This document shows, in pieces, positions 23,831-38,340 of a stretch of DNA of 64,000 nucleotides. The notes under the pieces were generated by a model. The model ran no database searches. It was not told where the DNA came from and saw nothing but the letters and a program-made list of their open reading frames with translations. The DNA comes from Octopus sinensis. Its lineage: Eukaryota. Position 1 is the stretch's first letter. Each line of letters opens with the position of its first letter. The stretch covers positions 181,350,001 to 181,414,000 of the forward strand of contig NC_042998.1 of the NCBI RefSeq assembly GCF_006345805.1, written 5' to 3'. Both the position numbers and the translations under genes were made by a program.

Positions 23831-25714
23831 ACAAGGACAACATTTGGGAAGTGTTTACATACAACTGAACGTGCGGCAGTATATTATGGTATTTAGTTTT
23901 AGTTTATTTCTGTGTTATAAAAGATTGACTTGACCGCGTCGGCAATATTCCATGTCAGAGCCCAGCAGAACTGTAATGTATTGAATTAATTTTTTCTATT
24001 CTTTCAATCACATTCACCTTACATTACCCTTTGTTACTGATGTGTTGTTGTTTTTTTATTTAGCTATTTATTTATATATTTGCAATATAAACAGCTACGA
24101 AGGTAAAATGTTGCTTTGTCGGCAGATGAGACACGACATTTAACCTATCATATATACTGTATTATGTACTACGCAGTGCCCTATGTAGGCACTAGAAATA
24201 TTTATGGATAAATAATTATCTTTCTAAAATTTCTCGTGCTATAAATATTATCAGCTCTATATATTTTTGATTAACTATATCTATGGAATATAAACCCTTT
24301 TGATATGAAACTGGATCGCCAACACAGCTCCATGAGATCGTACCGATTACACATTTACGTCTGTCGCTTACACGAAAATGACAGCAATTAGTAATGGTAG
24401 AGTTAGGTTATGTCGTGTAGGATGCTTTATGTCTCCGTAAGACCACACAAAACATTGAACTATATGCCTTGTCCTCATAATGGTATCCATTTACTCTTTA
24501 GAATATAGTCTTTAGAAATAACACGAGCATCATTTTCACCAATAATGCTAGTTTCCAGTTTCTTATACTATCAATTAGATAATCTTCACCTTCATTGGAT
24601 AAGAAATAGCGCAGTTTTGACTCAAGAACTTCAGGCTAACGATTAAGCGTACTCTTATATCTAACAGGGTTACTACTGCATATAGCGTTGGATTATATTT
24701 TTCCGTGGAGCTTAATATCGTGGATGTGGACTAGGCTTTTGGAGGCTAAAATGTTTCTACAAAATAGTTGTAGTTTTTGATGATATTTTTGTTTAGCTTC
24801 AGGTTATGTATAACCAAGCATGCTTATAATGAAAATGTGTTCCAGTCGTAACAATCTGTATATTTTCCAGGCACAGCGTATATAAAACTACATCGTGAAA
24901 AGTATCTTTCTCTTGTTTTTGGTTTGTTTTTTTTAACTTCAGGGTTTGATATGAGCAAGATTTGTCTGTGGTCGAACAGTCACTTGAAGCTACCTCGTTG
25001 GCTCATTTCAAAAGAGTCAGAATATTAGGTACCTCTACAGGTCTCTTCACTAAATGCCTTGCTCATGCAAGTAACACTGTGCCAGTGAAGAAGTGCGGCC
25101 ACTTTCGATCCTTGTGGTCGATAACATTGCTAAACTTGTACTCTTGAAATAGATTTGATAAGTGGCGCAGCCAAGTGGTTAAGATGTTGAGTTCGCGATC
25201 ATAAAGTTAGTTTCGATTCCTTGATAGGACAACGCTTCGTTTTACGTTGCTCCAATTTATTCAGCTGATAGTGAGTGTCAACTGGCCGCTGCTAAAACTG
25301 TCACGTTTACAATATTCTGCTGAATCAAGGGTGGGAGAGCTTAGATTGTGTCTATGTCTGCTCGTAACTAAATAGATACCTAAAACAAGCAACAGCACGG
25401 ATTAAACTACCGGAGCATAATTTCCTACAAGTGAGGTTGTTATTTTAAATTGAGCGCTAAAAAACAACTATTAACTCGAGTTGATGATGAGGCTTCTACG
25501 GCATCATCAATCCACCGACTAGAATAGTAGCTAAATCTCCCACAAATCACATATAATTATTTCTAAACAAAAAGAACACAGATGATGTAGTCTCAGATAC
25601 AAATGTACCGGAAAAACTGATGGGATGGCCATACTTGAAACGTCACCGATTATAGGTCCATATTTCAGGGTTGTTCTGGAACTAAACAACAATAACTACA
25701 ACTACTACTACTAC

Positions 25715-25802
<88 letters not shown>

Positions 25803-25819
25803 AATGGTGATGATAATGG

Positions 25820-25878
<59 letters not shown>

Positions 25879-26546
25879 CTTCTACTACTTGCAACTTAAA
25901 TGTTCGTGTTCATTTTCCTTTTCATTTTAGGACTCTTATAGCTGTCCACAAACATATTAACATATTGAATCGTTTTGACTAAGCGTTAGGGTTAAATATT
26001 TTAGTGCGGAAGATGAGAAAGCAAGCCATCCATGCTTCTTCTTAGATCACGACCAAGATTACAGAAGTGATCCTGCGACAACTGGTTAATGAAGCCAAGC
26101 TATTGAGTCGGTTCACCAAGGAATATATGACCTCTTGCTCCATAGTACTCTCTTGGAGGCACAGGCATAATGTTAGTTTCTTTTTTCACTGGTTTCTATT
26201 ATAGAATATAGTTAATTGGAAATGTATCATCATTCTTGCAATTCCTGAATGTCGTAAACTTGCAGTGTAGAGAGAAAGGAATCGTCTTCATCATAGTGTT
26301 TAAACCAGATCGCGATCTCTGCTCGTAAGAATCATGAGGTACAGCCGTCACATGCTTTCGCTAATAGTTTTAGATGATTGGATCTCTTAAATTTGACCCA
26401 GTGTAATATCCTGGATGTGTCAACTGGAGGGAGAGAGGATTGCACCGGCACTGGGGCTGGTACTCATTTTCAGTAAGGTAGTCTGGAGCACAGTAAAATT
26501 AAAGAATCAACGCATAACTCGGTCCAGGAAACGAACTTACGGTCTT

Positions 26547-26773
26547 CGTGCTGGCAGAAACGTTAGCACGCCGGGTGAAATTCGTAGACGTATTTCGTCT
26601 GCCGTTACGTTCTGAGTTCAAATTCCGCCGAGGTCGACTTTGCCTTTCATCCTATCGGGGTCGACTAAATAAGCACCAGTTACGCACTGGAGTCGATATA
26701 ATCGACTTAATCCGTCTGTCTGTCCTTGTTTGTCCTCTCTGTGTTTAGCCCCTTGTGGGTAGTAAAGAAATAG
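26547..26773 (+). mobile_element. Family-A SINE, near full length
   Basis: A box GCTGGCAGAAACG, B box GAGTTCAAATTCC, core and CCCCTTGTGGGTAGTAAAGAAATA tail. Confidence 0.85.
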
Positions 26774-27653
26774 GTCTTATGATTGTGAGCGCTACACCTT
26801 AACCACAAACCCACGCGCCTTCACAGTAGGTTTACAGCACCCCTATATTTTGATCGAAAGTAAAAGTATTGTTTAGTTGACGGAATCTGTAACGATAATT
26901 ATGCGAAATTATCTTGATAACATTTACTTTCTTCTTTTTTGCTGAGTTTTATTTCATGTTTCCCCAGCGTGATTATTGAGCATACCATAAAAAAAACCAT
27001 ACCACATGACAACGAGCAACCAATGAAAACTAACCTCTCAGCGCCATATAAAAGCTACCACAACAGCCATTATTATTCCCAAAAGAAAATAAACGTAATC
27101 TATAATTAAGAAAAGGAATATTTGTAGATGAATGGCTCAAAAGAAACATCAGAGTTAAACCACAATAAAGGCAAACAAAAGGAGAAAATTCCCGTGGTGG
27201 GTTAGAATAAAGAAGCTGGTCAGTTTATGGCTAACATAACACATATTCTTATATATGCTTATCACGCGTTTCACAGATATACATACGAACACAGTCTTAT
27301 ACTTATGCATATGTGTCTCTGTGTGCCTGTGTGCGCGTGCATGCGTGTGTGTATGTACATGTGTGTGTGTTTGACTCTGTGTGTGTATTTCTCTAAATAC
27401 TTGAAGATATGATTGTGTATGTGTGTGCGTGTCTGTGTTCATTTGCCTGATTCTGTATACATATATAAGTATAAATAAATAATTATACTCTACAATATAT
27501 AGAATTTTTTTTCCTGTGGCTTAGTGAAACAAAATAAAACATGATATGTATGTGTGTGTATATATACATATATATATATATATATGCACACACGCACATA
27601 TATAAATACACACATGCAAATATGTTAATACACAAACACACACAAACACACAA

Positions 27654-27720
<67 letters not shown>

Positions 27721-29289
27721 TACATACATACACATATATATATATGTATATATATGTATATATACGCACATTTCTAATATACCATACGCCATGAATATCA
27801 GAAATGCTGATATATCAATGTATATTTAAACATTATATACAGAAATGGCTGTGTTTGAAAAGTTTGCTTCGCTGCCTTGAGGTTTCGCGTTCAGTCTCAC
27901 TATTTGGCTCCTTGGGCGAGTGTTTTCTGCCCAACACTCTGTGAGTGGAATCTGATAGGTGAAAACTGTGCAAAAGCCTGCCCTTCGTGTGTAAATGTGT
28001 GCGAGTTAGTGTGATGAGCGTATGCGTGTGTGTAAGCGAGTGAGAAAGTTGCGTCCGTGTGCGTGAGAGAGAGGAAGAGATGGAGGAATGAGAGAGGGAG
28101 AGAGAGGTGAGAGAGGGAAAGAGAGAGGGAGAAAGAGGGGGAGAGGGGAAGAGAGAGAGTTTCCATGTCTGCTATTACGTTTATGCCACTTAAAACGAAT
28201 GGTACTTGAAATTAGTACTGTGGTTGACATACTCGACTAAAATCCTTGGAGGCAGTTCCAGTATGGCTGTAGTCAATTGACTGAAACCAATAAAAGAATG
28301 TAGGAATAAAGAAATCAAGAAAAGAAAATATCAGTTTGCTATGTAATTCGGGAAATATGCTAGAAATTCTAATAAGTACAATCAAGATTTCGAAGTGGCG
28401 GCACCATATAATTTGATATATAAAATCATACGTGTATATATGTATGTGTGTGTGTGTATGTATGTATGTATGTATGTATGTAGTATGTATGTATGTATGT
28501 ATGTATGTATGCATGCATGTATGTATGTATGTATGTATGTATGTATGTATGTATGTGCGTGGGGGGTGTATGATGTCTTCTAATTTTAATTATCAGAAAT
28601 GTTCCTTTATGGAAGGAGTTGATTTCTAACAAAGATACAAAGCTTCATCATTGGAATGTAAATAACGTATGTTCAGCTTCCACACCTGAGACACTCATCT
28701 GAAAGATCTTACAAACACGACATCACAAAGATAATGTTGGAACACAAATACGACGCCGTCACCATTCCTACACAAATTCCAACCAAAATTTCGAAGGAAT
28801 GTTGTAAGGAATTACTAATTTCACTCCTACCTCTGTGTCACGAAATTCCTATTCGCTGAGGTAGCGTTTCTCCAAGCCAATGTAAGACTGCTTCTATTTA
28901 CAACAGAGAATACGGAACTCATGTATCAAACTAGTGGCCAATATCCTTTTTACTACGGACATAAGGCCTGAAATATTTCAAGGGAACATATTAAGCCAGC
29001 TACATCGACAACAGCGCGCAAGTGGGACTTATTTCATCGACCTTGAAATGACCAAGGACAAAACTGACATTGGCGAAATTTGAACAAAGAAAATAGAGAC
29101 GAAGGAAATGCCGCTAAGTATTTTGTCCGAAGTGCTAACGATTCTTCCAGCTTGCCACCTCAGCATCAGTAAAATAATAGAATCATAGTTACATATACAA
29201 CTGGAAGACAACCCAAAGGAAAAGAAACGCAATTCTTTATGGCAATTCTTTTTTCCGACCAAACCATACACCAAATACGAAATAATTCT

Positions 29290-29960
29290 TGGAGAACGTC
29301 AAGAATTTACTACCACGGTTGTGAATATGACAAAAGCTTCTGACAGAATCTATTACAAAATAGCGAACTCTTTAAAAGTATATATTAGCGACAGATGCAG
29401 TGCGTTTTGCAGCAAAAGCCAATATGAGAGTTTTTCTCATGGTATCTGTGGCAGTATAGTTTGTTCTAACAGACCATCCAAAGTTTAAGTAGGGTTATAT
29501 AGCGAACTATACTCCAGGCTGATACTCAACAGCAAATAATTCCATGTTGTCTGCTATGAAAACTTCCGACGGTAATGAAACACTCAACAGCACACTCTGT
29601 CTCCTGTTTCGCAGATCGGATGTGCCAGTTCAGTTTTATAATCACCACAAGAGTGGCTACTCTACAGAGTTTTCATATTTAAAATATAAAATATATCTCT
29701 TTTGCTCTCTAGCATGTTCAACCACCTGTAAATCTTTCACCTGGAAATTTTCCATGTGAAAATTTCTCCGATGATGACAGATATTATTTCGAACCTCCTG
29801 TTGAACGGTATCAAGGATTGCATCAATATCAAGAATTTCAGGTAGGCAACACCATCAGTCATGTGTATCTTGCTATATACGTTAGCTCTGCCAATGATAT
29901 TCAAGCAACTCAAAGCAATCGAAATCCTTTTCGACATATTTAACCAGTATTTAAATGGAT
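29290..29960 (+). mobile_element. Highly decayed CR1/Jockey-like RT fragment
   Basis: VVNMTKASDRIYYK resembles the RT motif (L)D.SKAFDRV.H; HGICGS...SNRPSKV follows. Confidence 0.35.
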
Positions 29961-30113
29961 CGTGTAACTGTTTTTAATATCTTCTTTCCTTCCCTTCCAG
30001 TGAAACACCGGGGTCGATGTAATCGACTAGTCCCTTCTCCCAAATTTGAGGCCTTATGCCTCCAATAGAAAGGATTATTATTATTATTATTATTATCATT
30101 ATTATTATTATTA

Positions 30114-30155
<42 letters not shown>

Positions 30156-30163
30156 CATCATCA

Positions 30164-30200
<37 letters not shown>

Positions 30201-31163
30201 TTTTTTTTTCTTCTTTCAAATTTTCTTCCATTTCTTGCCGAGTGTCTTCCCGACTCCTAGGGCAAAGAAACTCATAGTGTATATTGGTAGGCCATTAAAC
30301 CAAACTCAGTAGTTCGTTCATATTTTTTTTTTTTTTTTTAAAGTTAAATTAAAATACATGAGCAGCACAGTTCTCACATCGACAATGCTCTTCTCAATAC
30401 GTGTGATGTACCAGTTAAGACAATCTTTTGCACTTCTTGCAGGGATGGTAAGCCAGGGATCATTCTCATATAATTTTCGGTTCCCTTCTTGACCATTCCT
30501 AGTGCTCCTACGATCACTGGTATTGTAACCGCCTGGGATGCCACATTTTTCTCAATTTCAATGAGTAGGTCTTTATATTTTCTGAGCTTGTCAAACTCTT
30601 TCGCTGAGATATTATGATCACAGGGGATGCTCATGTCGATCAATAAGCAAACTTTATTGTTTTGGTCTTTCACAACAATATCTGGTTTATTGGCCTTGAT
30701 GGTTCGGTCTGTATGTACTGGAAAGTCCCACAGAATGGTTACATTTTCTCCTTCAGTTACAGCCTCAGGGTGGTGATTATACCACTTGTCGGCAGTTTTG
30801 ATATTGTAATGCCGACTTTATTAGCCAGTGGAGATATTGGCCAACTCTGTCATGTCTTAATTTATACTCCACTGGTGCTAAGACTTTACAATCCAGAGAT
30901 TAGGTGGTCCACACTTTTCAATCATGTCGTTGCAGAATCGGCATTTTGGGTCTGCTCCATTTTTCATCACATTGGCCTGGTAGTTCCGGGTTAATAGGCT
31001 TTGGTCTTGAGGAGCCAGGATGAAACCTTCGCTCTCTGCTTTTAGCCCTGAGCTCCGCAGCCACTGATGGGTTTGCTTCTGGTCAACATCAGCTTGTTTG
31101 CTGCGGGTCACATATTTGCCGTGCAGAGGTTTCTCCTCCCACCTATCAGCCAATTGCTCGTGC
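30201..31163 (-). mobile_element. RLE LINE lineage B, 5'-truncated, complete 3' end, (TAA)n on both sides
   Basis: HGKYVTRS..WLRSSGLKAESEGFILAPQDQSLLTRNY..CRFC zinc knuckle; RLE motif ANKPDIVVKD...IDMSIP...KE..K.RKY...IVGALG; stop at 30374; 3' UTR into (TAA)n at 30076-30200. Confidence 0.9.
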
Positions 31164-31192
31164 TATTATTATTATTATTATTATTATTATCA

Positions 31193-31226
<34 letters not shown>

Positions 31227-31250
31227 CGTCATTATTATTATTATCATTAT

Positions 31251-31871
31251 TTATTGCCTTTGCACAGCTTCTAACGCTGGAGATGTACTACAGTGTCAGC
31301 TGTTCACAACCAGTGAACTAAGGTAACACCTCTTATTTTTCGAGCATCTTCCGGAGTATTCGGGCGGTTCCAAGTAGTGCTGTTTTCTGCAAGTGCTTCA
31401 CCCTTATTGCAGCCCCTTTTCGTTTCACGTACTTCTCGAGATTTTTGTTCACTGTTCCCAGGGCTCCACAATTACTGGTGCTACTACTACCTTTTTCATC
31501 GACCACAACTGCTTAACTTCCCAAACTAACCTGTCATATATCTCAACTTTTCTTTCTTCCTTATCACATATCTTGTTAGGCATGCTATATCTATGATCCA
31601 GTATAGTTTGTTTTCTTTCTCAATTAAGACTACGTCCGACTTCCAATTCTCTGTTTCATGGTCGCACTAAATCTTAAAGTCTCATTTCTATTTTCGACGA
31701 TGCGTTCAGGTTTGTAGTCGTACCAATTTTTTGCTATGTCAAGTCCATACTAGTTGCAAAGTGTCCAATGGCCAAGCCTGGCTATATTGTCGTGGCGTCT
31801 CTTATATTCCTTCTGGGCTAGTGGCGTACATTGGCCGGTAATATGCCATACGGTTTCACCGTTTTGTCCAC

Positions 31872-31872
<1 letters not shown>
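31251..31872 (-). mobile_element. RLE LINE (related subfamily), zinc knuckle to 3' end, (TAA)n tail
   Basis: CGQNGETVWHITGQCTPLAQKEYKRRHD; ...ALGTVNKNLEKY...LQKTALLGTARILRKMLEK-stop; tail (TAA)n at 31164-31250. Confidence 0.85.
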
Positions 31873-31947
<75 letters not shown>

Positions 31948-31954
31948 GATATAT

Positions 31955-31988
<34 letters not shown>

Positions 31989-32002
31989 CACATACATACA
32001 TA

Positions 32003-32903
32003 TCTTTAAATAAATTTGAGTGATTTTTCTCTGTCCGTTATGTTTTTATGTTCGTTAACTCCTCCTAGACCGTTGGGACATGGACGAAGAAACTCAAACC
32101 AACAACTCCCCTAATCCCAGGGAATGTCCTAAGGGGGTCTATCTTTTAAGGGCCATTCCGCCATCCTGCTATTTTTACTGCATTTTAAACTAAATACATG
32201 GCATTGGTGACCAAATCGGAGCAATGACAATCAATTTCATACCATGAACTCCCAGGGAGTATCGTGAAGAGGTTCAATTTCTGAAGGGCTGCTTACATGG
32301 GGGCCCTACTGACCCTCTCCTATTTTTACTGCATTTACCTCGCTCCTATGCTTATTGATTAAACTATGATCAGCATGAGTGCTTATCACATTTGCAGAAA
32401 TAAGTTTTAGCATTCTAAATACCTTCACGTACATTGAAATCGAGATAAAGGCTTATAACAGGTAGTGTGGATATTTATATGTTGTAGTGTATGAAACTTA
32501 TGTCTAGGTAGAAAACTAATCTTCCTGTTCTGGTTACTGTATCCCTCTACAGGTTTGTAATAGAAAATGAGAGCGAGATGAAATGGATCCTGTTCATTTT
32601 ATTTCAATCTCATTTTAATATTATTTTGGAAATGGTGCAGTGATGGAAAAATTATGATAGCTATGATAGTCATACATTTCACTTGCTTAGTACGAAAGGA
32701 GGTTCAAGTCCAAACATATGAAGTGAATTAATTACTACAGTGAGTTTGAAGGCACATATAACTCTATGATAGTGTCACAAATTTTCATTTTCAGAATAAA
32801 ATGAAAACAAAAAGGAAACATGGAGAATAGATCCCGAAGGCCTTAAAGGTGGTCTCCGCAGGAGCCAGTCGCAATGCCGCCCGAAGGACGGCTTCAAGTT
32901 TAG
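32003..32903 (+). mobile_element. Putative non-autonomous Helitron-like element (~900 bp)
   Basis: Begins TC after A32002; ends TTAG (CTRR-like) before T32904; GC-rich hairpin GCCGCCCGAAGGACGGC (32876-32892) lies about 11 nt upstream of the 3' end; 5' part CTGTCCG...TAACTCCTCCTAGACCG is typical of such elements; no TSD. Confidence 0.55.
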
Positions 32904-33198
32904 TATCTATAAATATACACACACATGCGTGTGTATATTTTTGTATGCACACGCGCTTGTATGTATGTATGTATGTGTATTGTAGTGCTAATATTACTTT
33001 TTGTAGCTACTTAGAGTTTTGCTTAACAGAGATCAGAGACGTAGAAGCTCAGATTAACAAAAAAATAATAAACTCGTCCTTAAAATATATATATAGTTGC
33101 ACTTTATGTCCGCGTTGGATAGCTGGATATATTGCTTTTACGCGTGTACACACACATGTATGTATGTGCGTGTGTGTATATATATATTATATATATAC

Positions 33199-33229
<31 letters not shown>

Positions 33230-33292
33230 ATATATATATATATATATACATACATACATAGATATATATATATATATATAATATATATATAG

Positions 33293-33350
<58 letters not shown>

Positions 33351-33781
33351 ATATTATATATATATAATATATAGATATATATATATATATATAATATATA
33401 TATATATTATATATATACATACATACATACATACATAGATATATATATATATATAATATATATATATATAATATATATATAATATATATATTATATATAT
33501 ATAGGCATGCGCATGTACATGTGTCGCTGGCATATCACTAATTATTATATCAGCAGTTCAATTTGAATTTTATGTTTTGCGAGTTGTTGTTCTTGTTGCT
33601 CCTGTAGTCGATGTTGTTGAATCATGTGGAGACGGAGTGACTCCAATACAACTAATGGAATTCTTCTGTCAAACATATTAAAATGTCTACAAGGTACTCA
33701 GGGGAGATGTCATGACAGTACACGCACACACATAAGTCTCTGTGTGTGTGTGTGTGTGTGTGTATAAATATCAATGTAATG

Positions 33782-33830
<49 letters not shown>

Positions 33831-34483
33831 TAATACATATATATATATATTATATTATATATATATATATATATAATATATAATATATAATATATATATA
33901 TACATACATACATACATATATATATAATAATATATATATATATAATATATATATATATATATACCTATATATATATATATATATATACACACATAATATT
34001 TTGTGCGCATGTGTGTATGTCTATGCCTGAGAAAGACACCACAAGCTGTTGTCCTGTGGAGAAACAACTATTTTCGTTGTTTTCATTATATAACATATAT
34101 TCCCGAAAGATTTGAACCTTATTGGCGGATAAAGAATAAAGAATAAAGAAAAGAACAACAGCAAGCAGGAAGGGAAGATAAGAAAGAAAGGAAAAATATA
34201 TACATAACAGCTTAACGCAGCTATGTAACTGCATTCAGCGTGTTAAACCACGGGACAGAGTGTTATATATTTAACAACTGACTGGCGATAGATCTCACTG
34301 CGCAGGAAGTGGTCTGAACTGATGTGACACTATAGTTGAAAGTATACGGAACGCTTCATCAGAGGAAAACCAAGCAAATGAATGCTATCACTTAGTTATA
34401 TCCAGTTGACAACAGAAATATCAGTTAAGAACAATATCCCACACACATTTATATATTTAATGTGAATGTTTCAGAGTGTGCAC

Positions 34484-34525
<42 letters not shown>

Positions 34526-34529
<4 letters not shown>

Positions 34530-34731
34530 TACTCTCGGTACGAGGACCGAAATTTTGGGGGAGGGGGACAGTCAATTAGGTTGACCCCAGCATGCAACTG
34601 ATACTTAATTTATCGACCCCGAAAGGATGAAAGGTAAAGTCGACCTCGGCGGAATTTGAACTCAGAACGTTAAGACAGACGAAATACTGCTAAGCATTTC
34701 GCTTGGCATGCTAACGTTTTGCCAGCTCGCC
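34526..34731 (-). mobile_element. Family-A SINE inserted in (TA)n
   Basis: Head GGCGAGCTGGCAAAACG, B box GAGTTCAAATTCC, core; alternative 3' tail. Confidence 0.8.
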
Positions 34732-34735
34732 TATA

Positions 34736-34797
<62 letters not shown>

Positions 34798-35825
34798 GCA
34801 TGCATATGTGTATGTGTGTCTGGAGGGGGTGAGTATGAGAGTGTGAGTGTTTGCATGTGTGTGTGTGTGTGTGCACGTGTGTGTGCACGTGTGTGTGCAC
34901 GTATGTGTGTGTGTGTGTGTAAATATCCATATTCGTCTTTTTCGTTCAAATACATGCCATACCTCTGGCCATCTAGCAATTCTGAATTATTTCAGTTAGC
35001 TCACTTCGGTATACACTTGCATACATAGATACACACACATACACGCACACACACATACACATATGCATATATAGAGAGAGAAATGATAACAATAATCTTT
35101 GAATGGAATTCATCGATACGCGCGTTTCCACAAATTACATAACTCTTAAGATCATAGTACGTATTCCGAGATGATTACGGTGTAGCCCGTAGTATTTATG
35201 AGCATCAAGTAGAATACCTTCATCGCGTAGCAATGTATCAAAATATTTATAAATTCCATCCAAGTATTATTGTTATTATTACTATATTTATCGTACATTA
35301 TAGCGGTAAAGCTCGGTGCAAGCCCCAAAACTGGTTCACCAACCAGCATCAGGATCTTTATTTACATATTCAAAGCATCTCCCGTAAATAAATTATATAT
35401 AGATAGATATATATATATAAGGAGGTTGTCAGGATTTGGTATAAAATTTATATATTTAACACTTTCATAACGTTTGAGAGATTCACAATGAATGATATAT
35501 TTAGAGATATGAGTTAGTCAAAGAATTTGGAGTTAAATTAGGAAGAGGGTGTTTTGGGAGTGCTTGAGATGGTTTTTATCATTTTTAACCTTTATATGCG
35601 TGTAGTGAATTTTTGGAGGCTTGGTTAGAGGGAGAAAAAAAAGAAAGAAAATGAAAGAAGGAAAGAAAGAAAGAAGAAAGAAAGAAAGAAAGGTGTTTTT
35701 CTGAGATAGTTGAAATTGATAAACAGATCGCAAAGTCAATGTTCTGTGATTGTAGTTTTAGCCAATTGCCATGAAACCTAGGTGTAGAAAATAGAATCTA
35801 TCTTATTATTTCGGAAGGTTTTTAA

Positions 35826-35865
<40 letters not shown>

Positions 35866-36062
35866 CAACCTCTCCGAAGCCAGCATTGAAGGATTTCATG
35901 CTCAAGGTGACCCTCTTCAAAAGTTTTGCAATTTTTTCTTTTACACTTCATCCACTGAGCTCTTTCCAAAAATAGTTCTTCCCAGTTCCTTACATAGATT
36001 TGCAGTCCCTTAGGATTGTCTTTTATGCAGTCTTTGCAACTATTTTCAAAGAACAAAACCAA

Positions 36063-36265
36063 ATATATACACATAGTTACATACATACACCCACCCACAT
36101 ATACATACATACATACATACATACATACATACATACATACATACATACATACATACATACATACATACATGCATGCATGCATACATACATACATACATAC
36201 ATACATACATACATACATACATACATACATACATACATACATACATACATACATACATACATACA
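36063..36265. repeat. Long (TACA)n array
   Basis: Directly visible. Confidence 0.95.
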
Positions 36266-36790
36266 AATGAGTATATTCCACGCATACTCAAAAAGGAGAG
36301 CAACAACATCTTCAGAGTTAGAGAAGAGCTACTGAGCAGCTACTCTGACAATACCACTGCCTTATGCGACCCAAAGGCGGCTGGACTGCCCTACCTAAAA
36401 AGAAGCTTGGAGGAGAAGCAGACATCATACCAACAAAAAGCAATGAATGGATACATAACCCATAAGCTGGAGGGCAACAACAGCATTGACCGGGAAGTAG
36501 TGTCTCTTGGACCTACGATAGATACATTACATCTCACCTAGAAGGATATGCCTTCGCGATCCAGGAACAAGAAATAGCTACTAAATAGCTAAATAGCTAC
36601 CTGATAAACAAGGACAGAGATACCACCAAACTCCAAACTTATGATAAAAAATGTCGACTCTGCTATACCAGTGTGAAGATATCACCCACTTCATCAACAG
36701 CTGCCCCAAAATATCTACGAGATTCTTATGTGAATAGATGCACAAACTTGGGTGTATGCATTGACAGTTCAAGCGACACACCAATTCAAC
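36266..36790 (+). mobile_element. RLE LINE lineage A internal fragment starting at (TACA)n
   Basis: Frameshifted SWTYDRYITSHLEGYAFAIQEQEIATK..YLINK...DKKCRLC...EDITHFINSCPK (CCHC knuckle). Confidence 0.75.
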
Positions 36791-36950
36791 CACATAGTTA
36801 CAAACACCGCGAACTCTCTTAGCTCAAACTGTTTTATTGCTTTGTTAGCAACCGGCTTGAACTCTCTCAAGAAGAACTTAAATTAAACTCAAAGAAAAAT
36901 CATACATACAACATATATACATACATATACATACATACATAAATATATAT

Positions 36951-36984
<34 letters not shown>

Positions 36985-37973
36985 CATACATATATATACA
37001 TATATATATACATATATAGATACATATATATATGTGTGTGCGTGTGTGCGCGTGTGTGTGTGTATGTATGTATATATACATGTTGTTTGAGTGTATACAT
37101 ATATGTACTGTTGTTGGGGTGTAGAAAAACAGATTATATAATCGTTTCTTCACAAGAAAACTTCAACCCTATTAGGTATACGCCGTTTGAATTTTAAAAT
37201 AGATTTTTTAAAATTGAATATTGTATTTACGTTGGTCTGCTTCTATATTTTCGTTTGGTTCATCTGCCAAAATTTATCGGATATTTTTATGCTTCAAACA
37301 CTTCACACCACTAACAGGAAACCTTGTTGTTGTTTTTTAATAACTTTCTAAAGCTGAGATTTCCATTATCATCATCACGAACCTGATCATTGTCCTCATC
37401 ATCATCTTCATCATCAACATCACCATCATCATCATCATTATTATCTTCTTTTCTTCTTTTTCTTTTTCTTCTTTTTCTTCTTTCTTCTTCTTCTTCTTCA
37501 TCATAATCATCGTCATCTTCACAGACATCAACTTTCCGTTATTATCATCATCACTACCACTATCACTGTCATTATCACCACCACCACCGTCACCACCTCT
37601 ACGATTAACATCAAAGACGTCGACACTGGTGATCATATCTTCGGATCACTGAACCAAATACCCGACTATTGCAAATACACCGATGCACCAAAATGCTTAG
37701 ACCAAACAGATTTAAATAGGCACAACGTGGAGTTGAACACGTTATTATAGGCAGTTGGAGGAAGTGCATTGTTGTTGGGCGTAATGTTAACTTGAAGCTA
37801 CAAATCGAAATCCTCCTGTGGGGAAAATACAATACAGTCAGAGGCAAGTTTTATAAGGGAAAAATACGATCCTGTCAGGTGCTTAACGACGCCAAGTCCT
37901 CCTAACATCTTGTAGACCATGCAAGGTGGTGTTGTTATAAATCCCTAGGTTAGTTCTAACTGGAAAGACCTAT

Positions 37974-38340
37974 ATTCTTTTACTTGTTTCAGTCATTTGC
38001 CTGTGGCCATGCTGGAGCACCGCCTTTTAGTCGAGTAAATCGACCCCAGGACTTATTCTTTGTAAGCCTAGTACTTATTCTATCGGTCTCTTTTGCCGAA
38101 GTGCTAAGTTACAGAGACGTAAACACACCAGCATCGGCTATCAAGCGATGTTGGGGGCACAAACACAGACACACAAACATACATGCATATATATACATAT
38201 ATACGGCGGGCTTCTTTCAGTTTCCGTCAACCAAATCTACTCACAAGGCTGTGGTCGGCAGTAGCAGACACTTACCCAAGGTGCCAGGCAGTGGGACTGA
38301 ACCCGGAACCATGTGGTTCGTAAGCAAGTTACTTAACACA
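37974..38340 (-). mobile_element. Family-B SINE
   Basis: Reverse complement of the 41841-42254 copy. Confidence 0.8.

Noticed and set aside
25160-25330. tRNA-like sequence GGCGCAGCCAAGTGGTTAAG...GTTTCGATTCC
   Set aside because: Cannot fold a cloverleaf; a decayed SINE head, not a tRNA gene. The same applies to all SINE heads in the window.
35860-36050. Minus-strand fragment resembling an L1/Tx1 ORF2 extreme C-terminus
   Set aside because: Too short and decayed to assign.
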